From contig PCXA01000001.1 in NCBI GenBank assembly GCA_002796325.1, forward strand, positions 260,838-324,837: DNA of 64,000 nucleotides, read 5' to 3'. A program made the position numbers and the translations under genes. Each line of letters starts with the position of its first letter. Positions within the stretch are counted from its first letter, which is position 1. The notes under the pieces are model-generated. The model was not told the DNA's origin, did no database searches, and saw nothing but the letters and a program-made list of their open reading frames with translations. Source of the stretch: Deltaproteobacteria bacterium CG11_big_fil_rev_8_21_14_0_20_47_16 (GTDB lineage Bacteria; UBA10199; GCA-002796325; 1-14-0-20-47-16). Positions 56,599-64,000 of this stretch are shown one piece after another.

Positions 56599-57192
56599 AT
56601 GTCATTTATCAACGAACAAACCAAAGAAGTGAATTTCAAAATTGTGTATTTTGGGCCAGCCCGCAGTGGCAAGTCCACCAGTCTGCGCCAGATTTATACG
56701 GCAGCTCGCGGTAACGCCAAATCCAAGACCAAGTCGCCAGAACCGCTTTCTCTGACCAGCGAAAGTGACAGTACACTGTATTTTGACTTCATTCCGCTCT
56801 CGTTGGGGGAAGTGAAGGGCTATAAGATCCGCCTCCATATATATACGGTGCCGGGAGAGGTGGCTTATGAGGCCAATCGCAAGATTATCTCCAAGGGTGT
56901 GGATGGTGTGGTCTTTGTGGCAGACTCTCAATTGGAAAAATTAGACCACAATTTGCAAAGTTTGAATGATTTAGGCCGAATTTTGGCCCAAGAAGGGGTT
57001 GAATTGCAGGAAATCCCCCATGTTATTCAATATAATAAGCGTGATCTCAAAACTGCAGTGCCAACTGAGCAGCTGCAATCAATCCTCAATAAGCACGATG
57101 CCCCCTGGTTTGAGACGACTGCCACCAACGGTGATGGGGTGATGGATGCCTTGCGTGCTATTGGTGCTCAAGTACTCGCCAAAAATGACTAA
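56599..57192 (+). CDS. mglA: Ras-like small GTPase MglA (motility/polarity regulator)
   Basis: P-loop GPARSGKST; switch regions and length (197 aa) typical of MglA. No mglB (roadblock/LC7) gene is adjacent. Confidence 0.8.
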   Translation: MSFINEQTKEVNFKIVYFGPARSGKSTSLRQIYTAARGNAKSKTKSPEPLSLTSESDSTLYFDFIPLSLGEVKGYKIRLHIYTVPGEVAYEANRKIISKGVDGVVFVADSQLEKLDHNLQSLNDLGRILAQEGVELQEIPHVIQYNKRDLKTAVPTEQLQSILNKHDAPWFETTATNGDGVMDALRAIGAQVLAKND

Positions 57193-57313
57193 GTTTTGAC
57201 GTTTCTTTATTCCAAATACCCACCTTCTCATTTTTGAATTGTTCAGCTGCCTAAAAAGTTGAAGCCCATTGACTTAATTTTTGGCATGGATGTTGCTTTG
57301 TAATTGGGCAACC

Positions 57314-57964
57314 ATGATACGCACTACACTTGTTGTACTTGGCACTTTGGTTGGATTAATGGCCCATGCAGAACAAGCTGTCCCTGCAAATCCAACGCCA
57401 CCACCCCAGTTAAATGATGCAACTACTGAGCAACCCGACCCACAAAAAATGTCACCTGGTGAACAATACGTGCTGGCTTGCGCTACTGAGCTTGCAAAGT
57501 TGGGGCGGCCCAATGCCGCAACAGATTGTGAACAATTAATTCGCCACAGCCATTTGATTCAGAGTGATGCCATCCGATATCTGACAGCTGCCTCTGATAA
57601 GGAGCGTCAGGCGTTTGCAGAACTTTCGACACTGGGGCGATTTGAAGTTTTGGAGCCAGATGTGGATCCCAGCAAGATAACCCTATTAATCCTGTCGGAG
57701 CATAAGGCACCTGGTTCGCGTATGGCTGTTCAGCTCGCTAAAGATGTGATGCAGCCTGGTTGTGGCTATTATCAGATTGAGTTGATGCTTAAGGCGCTCG
57801 ACAATGCGCATGCGTTGCCACAAGTGAAAGTGGCGCGCGTCGGTAAGGGTAAAGATCGTCAAGTCGCGTATGAAAGTTGTGTGAGTAAATCACAAGATGC
57901 AGCGCAAGAATGTCTCAACCCTGTCTTTCAAGTTGTTACTTCGGAACCTTCTCCCAATCCTTAA
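57314..57964 (+). CDS. secreted hypothetical protein
   Basis: Signal peptide [19 protein letters not shown]. No recognisable domain. Confidence 0.45.
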   Translation: MIRTTLVVLGTLVGLMAHAEQAVPANPTPPPQLNDATTEQPDPQKMSPGEQYVLACATELAKLGRPNAATDCEQLIRHSHLIQSDAIRYLTAASDKERQAFAELSTLGRFEVLEPDVDPSKITLLILSEHKAPGSRMAVQLAKDVMQPGCGYYQIELMLKALDNAHALPQVKVARVGKGKDRQVAYESCVSKSQDAAQECLNPVFQVVTSEPSPNP

Positions 57965-58580
57965 GAAATTTGGAAAGTCCGCTGTCAGTGAGTGGATGCT
58001 TAGCGAGCTGTTGAATGACGCTAAATGGAATGGTGCATACGTCTGCGCCAATGAGAGCAGCGTCACGTACGTGAACAGGATTGCGTACGCTGGCTACAAG
58101 CACCTCAGTTTTGAAATTGTAATTGCGATAGATCGTGACGATGTCTTGAATCAAACGCATGCCTTCTTCAGAAATGTCATCTAGGCGTCCAATAAATGGG
58201 CTGATGTAAGTAGCGCCCGCTTTTGCAGCCAGGAGTGCCTGATTGGGTGAAAAGCAAAGTGTGACGTTTGTTTTGATGCCCATTTCAGAGAACTTTTTGG
58301 TGGCTTTGAGGCCTTCTTCAATCAATGGGACTTTGACAACGACGTTGGGTCCAAATTCGGCAAGCTTTTTTCCTTCAGCAACAATTTCATCGCAGGTGGT
58401 GCTAACAACTTCCAGGCTTACAGGCCCTTTGACTTCGCCCAAAACCTCTTTAATGACAGTTTTAAAATCTTTACCTGTTTTGGCAACTAGTGAGGGGTTG
58501 GTGGTGACGCCATCCAAAACGCCCATGGCGTTGGCGGCACGGATTTCATTGATATCAGCGCTATCGATAAAGAATTTCAT
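57936..58580 (-). CDS. tal: transaldolase (short, Fsa/TalC type)
   Basis: [13 protein letters not shown]...GVTTNPSL motifs; 214 aa. Confidence 0.9.
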   Translation of the reverse strand: MKFFIDSADINEIRAANAMGVLDGVTTNPSLVAKTGKDFKTVIKEVLGEVKGPVSLEVVSTTCDEIVAEGKKLAEFGPNVVVKVPLIEEGLKATKKFSEMGIKTNVTLCFSPNQALLAAKAGATYISPFIGRLDDISEEGMRLIQDIVTIYRNYNFKTEVLVASVRNPVHVRDAALIGADVCTIPFSVIQQLAKHPLTDSGLSKFLKDWEKVPK

Positions 58581-58588
58581 AAAGCCTC

Positions 58589-58828
58589 CTAGGATTTAAA
58601 TTTTGCTGCACAGGTTTCACTGCAAAAATAATTACCGCTGCGAAATATGGCGGTCGTTTTTTCTATATACATATCACATACGGGATCACGAACCAGTTCT
58701 GTCATGGCCTGTGACGTGCCAGTTGTTGCATGGGGCGGTGCATAGTGGTGTCGTGTGGGTTGGTTCATTTTTCGTAAAAACTTAAATGTCCAGTAGACAC
58801 ACAGGATAATAAGTAATGTTCTTAGCAT
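58589..58828 (-). CDS. small membrane-anchored protein with YHS/TRASH-like Cys motif
   Basis: N-terminal TM helix and a C-terminal DPVCDM...FCSETC motif. Confidence 0.45.
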   Translation of the reverse strand: MLRTLLIILCVYWTFKFLRKMNQPTRHHYAPPHATTGTSQAMTELVRDPVCDMYIEKTTAIFRSGNYFCSETCAAKFKS

Positions 58829-59322
58829 GATATTTTTTCAATCTGTAATGCATGCTCTCTTTGGCATGTGTGAATCAATTGATCAATGGTTTCACCACTC
58901 TTTGGATGAATCCATGTGGGGGCTATATCACGCAAGGGTAGGAGCACAAACAGTCTTTTTGGTATTTCGGGGTGTGGCAATGTGAGAGTGGGAGTGGTTT
59001 TGAGGGTATCTCCATAACTTAGGATATCCAGGTCAATACAACGCGGGGACCATTTTGCATGGTGTTCGGGACGTCCCATTTGCTGTTCAATGGATTGTAG
59101 TGAGAGTAATAACATTTCGGCATCGAGCGCTGTTTCCAATTCAACCACACCATTAATATAGTCATCTTGCTGTTCACCTAAAGTGACTGCTGCTGACTGA
59201 TACCATGGTGATTGTTGTGTCACGGTTGTGTGTAGCAAGGTGCCGAGTTTTTCCACTGCAGCTTGGCACTGGTGTAATGGTTGGCCTTGGTTACTGCCAA
59301 TAGCAATCAACGCAGTCGTCAT
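58822..59322 (-). CDS. folK: 2-amino-4-hydroxy-6-hydroxymethyldihydropteridine diphosphokinase
   Basis: IAIGSNQG...RCIDLDIL motifs. Confidence 0.85.
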   Translation of the reverse strand: MTTALIAIGSNQGQPLHQCQAAVEKLGTLLHTTVTQQSPWYQSAAVTLGEQQDDYINGVVELETALDAEMLLLSLQSIEQQMGRPEHHAKWSPRCIDLDILSYGDTLKTTPTLTLPHPEIPKRLFVLLPLRDIAPTWIHPKSGETIDQLIHTCQREHALQIEKISC

Positions 59323-59324
59323 GT

Positions 59325-60488
59325 TTATAACTTTTGCAACCGATGCACCGCTTCTTCCAACTTTTCAGGTGGTGCTGTGAGGGAAAAGCGCACATAGCCT
59401 TCACCGTAATCACCAAATCCAGTGCCAGGGGTAATGACGACACCGGTTTGCTCCATGACTTTGACAGCAAAGTCTTTTGCCTTAACGCCCTTGGGGGTGG
59501 CTGCCCATACATAGAACGTAGCTTCGGGAACCATAATGTCCCAACCGTGGGCTTTCAGAACGCTTACCAACTTGTCGCGGCGTTGTTGGTAGATATTGCG
59601 AATTTCGGTGAGTACAGATTCTGGAGATTGTAATGCGGCAACGCCCGCATCTTGAATGGCAACAAAGGCGCCGGAATCCAAATGAGTTTTCATTTTGGCC
59701 AGGCTTTGCACAATAGCTTTATTGCCAACTGCAAATCCAAGTCGCCATCCGGTCATGTTAAATGTTTTGGAAAGTGAGTGCATTTCAATGGCCACGTCTT
59801 TGGCGCCTTCAACTTGAAAAATTGAAAGAGGACGTTTACCGTCATAGAAAATTTCCATATAGGCGGCGTCGTGGCAGATGATAAAATTGTATTTTTTGGC
59901 AAGTGCAACCACGTCCTGGAAAAATTCACGCGTGGCAACTGCAGATGTGGGATTGTTGGGGTAGTTCAAGAACATGATCTTTGTTTTCTTTAAAATGTCT
60001 TCAGGAATCTTTTTCAAATCCGGCAAGAACTTGTTTTCACGTGTGAGTGGCATGAAATGTGGAATACCGCCGCAAAAAGTTGTGGCGCTGGAATAGACGG
60101 GGTATCCAGGTGATGGTACTAGAACCGCATCACCGGGATTTACAAACGTCCATGGAATGTGAGCGATACCTTCTTTGGAACCAATGAGTGTGAGGCATTC
60201 GGTGCTGGGATCAAACTCCACATTGTAATATTTTTTCATCCACGCGCATGCCGCCTTCTTAAATTGGGGGGCGCCATCGTATGGTGGATAGGGATGGGTC
60301 TCTGGATTTGCAGCGGCCTTTTGCATGGCTTCGACAATATGCTTGGGTGTGGGCATGTCAGGGTCGCCAATGCCAAGGCTAATTAAATCCATTCCCTTGG
60401 CGCGCAATTCGGCCTTCTTTTTGTCAATTTCGGCAAATAGATATGGTGGCAATTCTTGCAGTCGTGCCGCTTCTTTAAATGTAGTCAT
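59325..60488 (-). CDS. class I aminotransferase, probable LL-diaminopimelate aminotransferase (DapL-type)
   Basis: PLP fold type I; N-terminus LPPYLFAEIDKKK...LGIGDPDMPTP. Immediately upstream of dapB, dapA and dapF. No dapD/dapE-type genes are seen nearby. Confidence 0.7.
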   Translation of the reverse strand: MTTFKEAARLQELPPYLFAEIDKKKAELRAKGMDLISLGIGDPDMPTPKHIVEAMQKAAANPETHPYPPYDGAPQFKKAACAWMKKYYNVEFDPSTECLTLIGSKEGIAHIPWTFVNPGDAVLVPSPGYPVYSSATTFCGGIPHFMPLTRENKFLPDLKKIPEDILKKTKIMFLNYPNNPTSAVATREFFQDVVALAKKYNFIICHDAAYMEIFYDGKRPLSIFQVEGAKDVAIEMHSLSKTFNMTGWRLGFAVGNKAIVQSLAKMKTHLDSGAFVAIQDAGVAALQSPESVLTEIRNIYQQRRDKLVSVLKAHGWDIMVPEATFYVWAATPKGVKAKDFAVKVMEQTGVVITPGTGFGDYGEGYVRFSLTAPPEKLEEAVHRLQKL

Positions 60489-60500
60489 GGTGTCTCCAAT

Positions 60501-61163
60501 TTATTTTTTGAGATTTAATACGTCTTGCATGTCGTAGAGCCCTGCAGGTTTGTTGCAAGTCCAGCGTGCTGCTTGCAGTGCGCCTTCAGCGAACAGCTTC
60601 TGATCCAACGCTTCATGTCGTACCGTAATTTTTTCAAACGGTCCTTCAAACGTAATAGTGTGAATACCCACAACATCACCTTCACGAATGGATTCAATGG
60701 GCATTTCTTTGCCGAACGCCTTGGCAAGTCGGGCTGCAGTACCGCTGGGTGCATCCTTTTTGCGCGTGTGATGTACTTCGATCATACTTGCTTTATAGTC
60801 TGGTCCCAGAACGGCTGCCGCTTGTGCCATCCAGTTAAGGAGCATGTTGACGCCCAAGCTTGTATTGGGTGTGAAAACGACAGCAGATTTTTTGGAGGCT
60901 TCCTGAATTTTTGTCTCTTGGTCTTTTGTAAAGCCAGTGGTGGCAATAATGATGGGTACGCCATGCTGCGCACACACTTCAGCGTTATGCACGCTCGCCT
61001 CAGGTGTTGAAAAGTCAATCACCACGACGCCGGATTGAATGCATTTTTCAATCGGCATGCCACTATGGACTTCTCCCATAATCTCACATTGCTTGGATGC
61101 ACGTGCAAGTTCCAACACCTTCTGCCCATATTTTCCAGTGGAGCCACAGACGATTAGTTTTAA
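60501..61163 (-). CDS. dapB: 4-hydroxy-tetrahydrodipicolinate reductase
   Basis: MLKLIVCGSTGKYGQ Rossmann N-terminus and the DapB C-terminal pattern. Confidence 0.85.
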   Translation of the reverse strand, partial: LKLIVCGSTGKYGQKVLELARASKQCEIMGEVHSGMPIEKCIQSGVVVIDFSTPEASVHNAEVCAQHGVPIIIATTGFTKDQETKIQEASKKSAVVFTPNTSLGVNMLLNWMAQAAAVLGPDYKASMIEVHHTRKKDAPSGTAARLAKAFGKEMPIESIREGDVVGIHTITFEGPFEKITVRHEALDQKLFAEGALQAARWTCNKPAGLYDMQDVLNLKK

Positions 61164-62029
61164 CATAATTTGTATTGTTGGAGACACTGCTGTAGTTGCG
61201 CGCGGTTAGCAGGTTGCATTTCACACAATGGCAGGCGAAATTCTTCGCGCATTCGTCCCATTATGGCGAGCGCGGTCTTGACGGGGATGGGGTTGCTTTC
61301 AATAAATAAAATTTTGTTCAGTGGCTGCAATTTTTCTTGAACGGTTGCCGCGTCCTGTAGCTTACCCTCTGCAAACAGATCCCAAACTTGTGAGAGCATC
61401 TGGGGTGCGACATTTCCGGTCACAGAAATGCATCCCTTGGCACCTGCTTGGTACATGTCGTAGTTCAATCCATCTTCACCTGAGATAACAGTTAGATCGG
61501 GAATCATTTTGCAGAGTGTTTTGCAGCGCTCCACACCCATGCACTCCTTGATGGCAACAATATTTGAAATCTTGGCCAGGCGTGCTGCTGTTTCGGGTAG
61601 CAGGTCCACGCCTGTACGCCCCGGTACATTGTACAAAATAATGGGCAGCGCTGTGGCTTTGGCAATGGCTTCAAAGTGTAAATACAGTCCTTGTTGCGTG
61701 GGCTTGTTGTAATAAGGGGTAACGTGAAGAAGGGCATCTACACCAACTGTTTCCAGCTTTTTGGATAATTCAATTGCGTGATGAGTGTCATTGCTGCCTG
61801 CGCCACCTGTTACGGGAACGCGACCAGCAACATGTTTGACGCAGAGTTCAACGGCATGGATGTGTTCTTCGTCGTTGAGAGTGGATGCTTCACCGGTAGT
61901 GCCACATGCAACAATACCATCGATGCCATTTTCAATCAGGAAATCAATTTGTCGATTCAGTGCGGTTTCATCAACTTTGCCATGATTGAATGGCGTTACA
62001 ATTGCGACATGTGCCCCTGAAAGTCTCAT
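61160..62029 (-). CDS. dapA: 4-hydroxy-tetrahydrodipicolinate synthase
   Basis: GTTGE motif and the Lys-containing IVAIKE block. Confidence 0.9.
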   Translation of the reverse strand: MRLSGAHVAIVTPFNHGKVDETALNRQIDFLIENGIDGIVACGTTGEASTLNDEEHIHAVELCVKHVAGRVPVTGGAGSNDTHHAIELSKKLETVGVDALLHVTPYYNKPTQQGLYLHFEAIAKATALPIILYNVPGRTGVDLLPETAARLAKISNIVAIKECMGVERCKTLCKMIPDLTVISGEDGLNYDMYQAGAKGCISVTGNVAPQMLSQVWDLFAEGKLQDAATVQEKLQPLNKILFIESNPIPVKTALAIMGRMREEFRLPLCEMQPANRAQLQQCLQQYKLC

Positions 62030-62032
62030 AAG

Positions 62033-62869
62033 TTACATTGAAAATGTGCCGGTATAGACTGTTTCCGCCGGTCCGGTCATGTAAACGTGATTATCGTCCT
62101 TGTCCCACACCACTTCAACTTTACCGCCCGGTTGTGCAACAGTTACTTTGCGTCCAGTGAATCCATTGAGCACGCTAGCAAGCGCTACTGCACAAGCGCC
62201 TGTGCCACATCCATCCGTTTCGCCGGTACCACGCTCCCAAACACGCATAGACACTTCTTTGTCTGATGTGGCGTTGGCAAATTCCACGTTAATCTTACGA
62301 GGGAAAAGATGGAATGTCTCAATGATGGGGCCGTATTTGGTGAGTGGAAAGTTTGCTAAATCTTCAACAAAAATAACAGCATGCGGATTACCCATCGATA
62401 AACAGGTCATGCGCAATTCTTTATTTTCCAATTTAAGTGGGCGATTGATGATGCGGCCGCTTAGGTTAACCGGGATTTCTTTGCCCTTCATTTTGGGTTC
62501 GCCCATGTCGACTGTGAATGTCTTGCTGGTACCCTTTAGGGTTTTAATACCTGCCAAAGTTTCAACTGTGATTTCTTTTTTACGGGTGAGGCCTGCGGTG
62601 GCCACATAGCGGGCCACACATCGAATGCCGTTGCCGCACATTTCTGCTTCAGACCCATCGGGGTTGAATGCCTGCATGCGAAAATCTGCCTTGCGGGATT
62701 TGTGAACCAAGAGCAGTTGGTCACCACCAACGCCATATCGGCGGCTGAGAATCTGGCGTGCAAGTGATGCGGGCTTCTCGGGTTTCCACTTCAAACAGTC
62801 AATGAGCACGAAATCATTGCCAGTGGCGGTCATTTTGACGAATGGACGTTCTTTGGTTTTTGCTGCCAT
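62033..62869 (-). CDS. dapF: diaminopimelate epimerase
   Basis: Catalytic-Cys motifs MCGNGIRC and GCGTGACA. Confidence 0.9.
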   Translation of the reverse strand: MAAKTKERPFVKMTATGNDFVLIDCLKWKPEKPASLARQILSRRYGVGGDQLLLVHKSRKADFRMQAFNPDGSEAEMCGNGIRCVARYVATAGLTRKKEITVETLAGIKTLKGTSKTFTVDMGEPKMKGKEIPVNLSGRIINRPLKLENKELRMTCLSMGNPHAVIFVEDLANFPLTKYGPIIETFHLFPRKINVEFANATSDKEVSMRVWERGTGETDGCGTGACAVALASVLNGFTGRKVTVAQPGGKVEVVWDKDDNHVYMTGPAETVYTGTFSM

Positions 62870-63050
62870 ATCGACTCCTTTTTACGCGATCTGTGGATAA
62901 AGTCCTGTAACTGCTTGATTTTTATAGCCTAAAATTCGCGCGACTTTATCAGGCAGGGTGGGTTTCTGTCAACATATTTACGTTTGAGCCCCCATATTAG
63001 ATGCTTGGGGCTGTATTTTATATGATGATTGTTTGGCAATTGGGAAAAAT

Positions 63051-64000
63051 ATGCTAAGTCGGGCCTCAAAAGGGGGCAAAGTGCCTGAAAAAATCATTAA
63101 AGCACTCGTAATATTGCTATTTATGACCAGAATTGCCTCTGCGGAGGCTTATGCCCCTTTCTTTTTATCGGGCGATGGGTGTCTCTATTTTCAAAAGGCA
63201 AAGGGGGTAGAGAAACAATGCTTCATGTCCCCAGATGGTGGCATCAACGATGTAGGACTGAAGCGAATCAATCAAATCTTTGGTGCACATTATGGGGATG
63301 GTGTGCGCTCACAAAACATGTCGCTGCGATTCCTAACATTCTTGAGTTTTCTGCAAGGCCACTATGATCGCGCGCCGATTAAGCTATTGTCTGGTTTTCG
63401 TCCGCCGAAATACAATCAATCGCTGCGCGACAAAGGTCGTCTCGCCGCACAAACCAGCATGCACATTGAAGGTGCTGCAGCGGACATTATATTGGCTGGG
63501 GTGCCATCATCTGAGGTGTATGCATTTGTAAAATCCTTAAACTGCTGTGGTGTCGGGTACTATCATGGCAACGCCGTGCATGTGGATACGGGACCCGCAC
63601 GCTACTGGGATGAAACCACATCGGGCACAGAGAGCAAAGAGCCACAGCTCAATGAAAAGATTATCGTCCAATCCACATTTGATCGTTACTACCCAGGTTC
63701 TGATATTGTATTTCAATTGATGCGCGTGACCAATTACCCCGTGGATATGCCAGTTAAGTGGTTCCTGGTTCATGAAAATGATGGGAAACTATATCCGATT
63801 ATTGTGCAAGATGAGCTGGCTGGCGAAGTTGTGAAGGGATGTCGGTTAATACCAAATCGTGTTGCCGCCCGGCAGATTTTGGCGGCAATTCCGGAGACAG
63901 TGCCTGCCGGAAAATACCATGCCACCCTTAAATTCTGCTCCCGAATCAGCGACAAAATGCCCGAGTCCATTGATAGTAACGTGATTGAGGTGTTGGAGTA
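63051..64000 (+). CDS. peptidase M15A/DUF882 (YcbK-like) family protein, partial (runs off window end)
   Basis: Own translation of the open frame gives SGFRPPKYNQSLRDKGRLAAQTSMHIEGAAADI...GVGYYHGNAVHVDTGP, a Hedgehog/DD-peptidase-fold signature, after a signal peptide. Confidence 0.6.
   Translation, partial: MLSRASKGGKVPEKIIKALVILLFMTRIASAEAYAPFFLSGDGCLYFQKAKGVEKQCFMSPDGGINDVGLKRINQIFGAHYGDGVRSQNMSLRFLTFLSFLQGHYDRAPIKLLSGFRPPKYNQSLRDKGRLAAQTSMHIEGAAADIILAGVPSSEVYAFVKSLNCCGVGYYHGNAVHVDTGPARYWDETTSGTESKEPQLNEKIIVQSTFDRYYPGSDIVFQLMRVTNYPVDMPVKWFLVHENDGKLYPIIVQDELAGEVVKGCRLIPNRVAARQILAAIPETVPAGKYHATLKFCSRISDKMPESIDSNVIEVLE

Noticed and set aside
57240-57265. ctaaaaagttgaagccc resembling the AAAAGTTGC half of the recurring motif
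   Set aside because: No GCCGATAA-like box at the expected spacing, and the orientation is wrong relative to the downstream gene.
1-64000. Whole-window scan for CRISPR arrays, rRNA operons, integrases, transposases and riboswitches (a TPP element upstream of thiE was expected)
   Set aside because: None found. thiE overlaps the upstream regulator gene, leaving no leader. No IS-like inverted repeats with transposase ORFs, and no repeat-spacer periodicity.

Overview
This is a 64 kb chromosomal window from a Gram-negative bacterium, gene-dense and mostly housekeeping. The gene set suggests a Bdellovibrio-like predatory lineage, but that placement is inference only. Supporting points are mglA without an adjacent mglB, a PilZ protein, dapL-type lysine genes, many small secreted hypothetical proteins, and a recurring FliA/sigma-28-like promoter motif.

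Recognisable genes, in order: msrA, bcp, a LysE exporter, an EamA transporter, smpB, panCB, a deoxynucleoside kinase, a large HEAT-repeat histidine kinase, rsmA, tsaD, ybgF, pal, PilZ, phaR and a sugar-nucleotide oxidoreductase cluster. These are followed by thiE and thiD, tadA, a DtxR-family regulator, pfkA, an M29 aminopeptidase, a cation/proton antiporter, an NfeD-stomatin pair, pyrF and pyrE, then ffs, dnaX, ybaB and recR. The window ends with mglA, folK and the lysine genes dapL, dapB, dapA and dapF. RNA genes are tRNA-Ser(GGA), tRNA-Ser(CGA), SRP RNA immediately upstream of dnaX, and a tmRNA gene (ssrA).

The most striking feature is that ssrA is split in its T-loop by a 236-nt insertion with group I intron hallmarks. 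Removing it restores a canonical tmRNA 3' end. A free-standing LAGLIDADG-type endonuclease-like gene lies directly downstream and is translationally coupled to the EamA transporter gene.

Other notable features:
- A bipartite AGCAACTTTT-N10-GCCGATAA motif (sigma-28-like -10) sits 20-35 nt upstream of six hypothetical or secreted genes.
- A divergent paralogue pair flanks a secreted glycine-rich protein that has a sigma-54-like promoter.
- A 53-bp hairpin direct repeat brackets a 2.4 kb two-gene segment next to tRNA-Ser(CGA).
- A ParB-like gene, a pabB N-domain-only gene and a pabC-like gene form one tightly coupled operon.

No CRISPR array, rRNA, integrase or transposase was seen.
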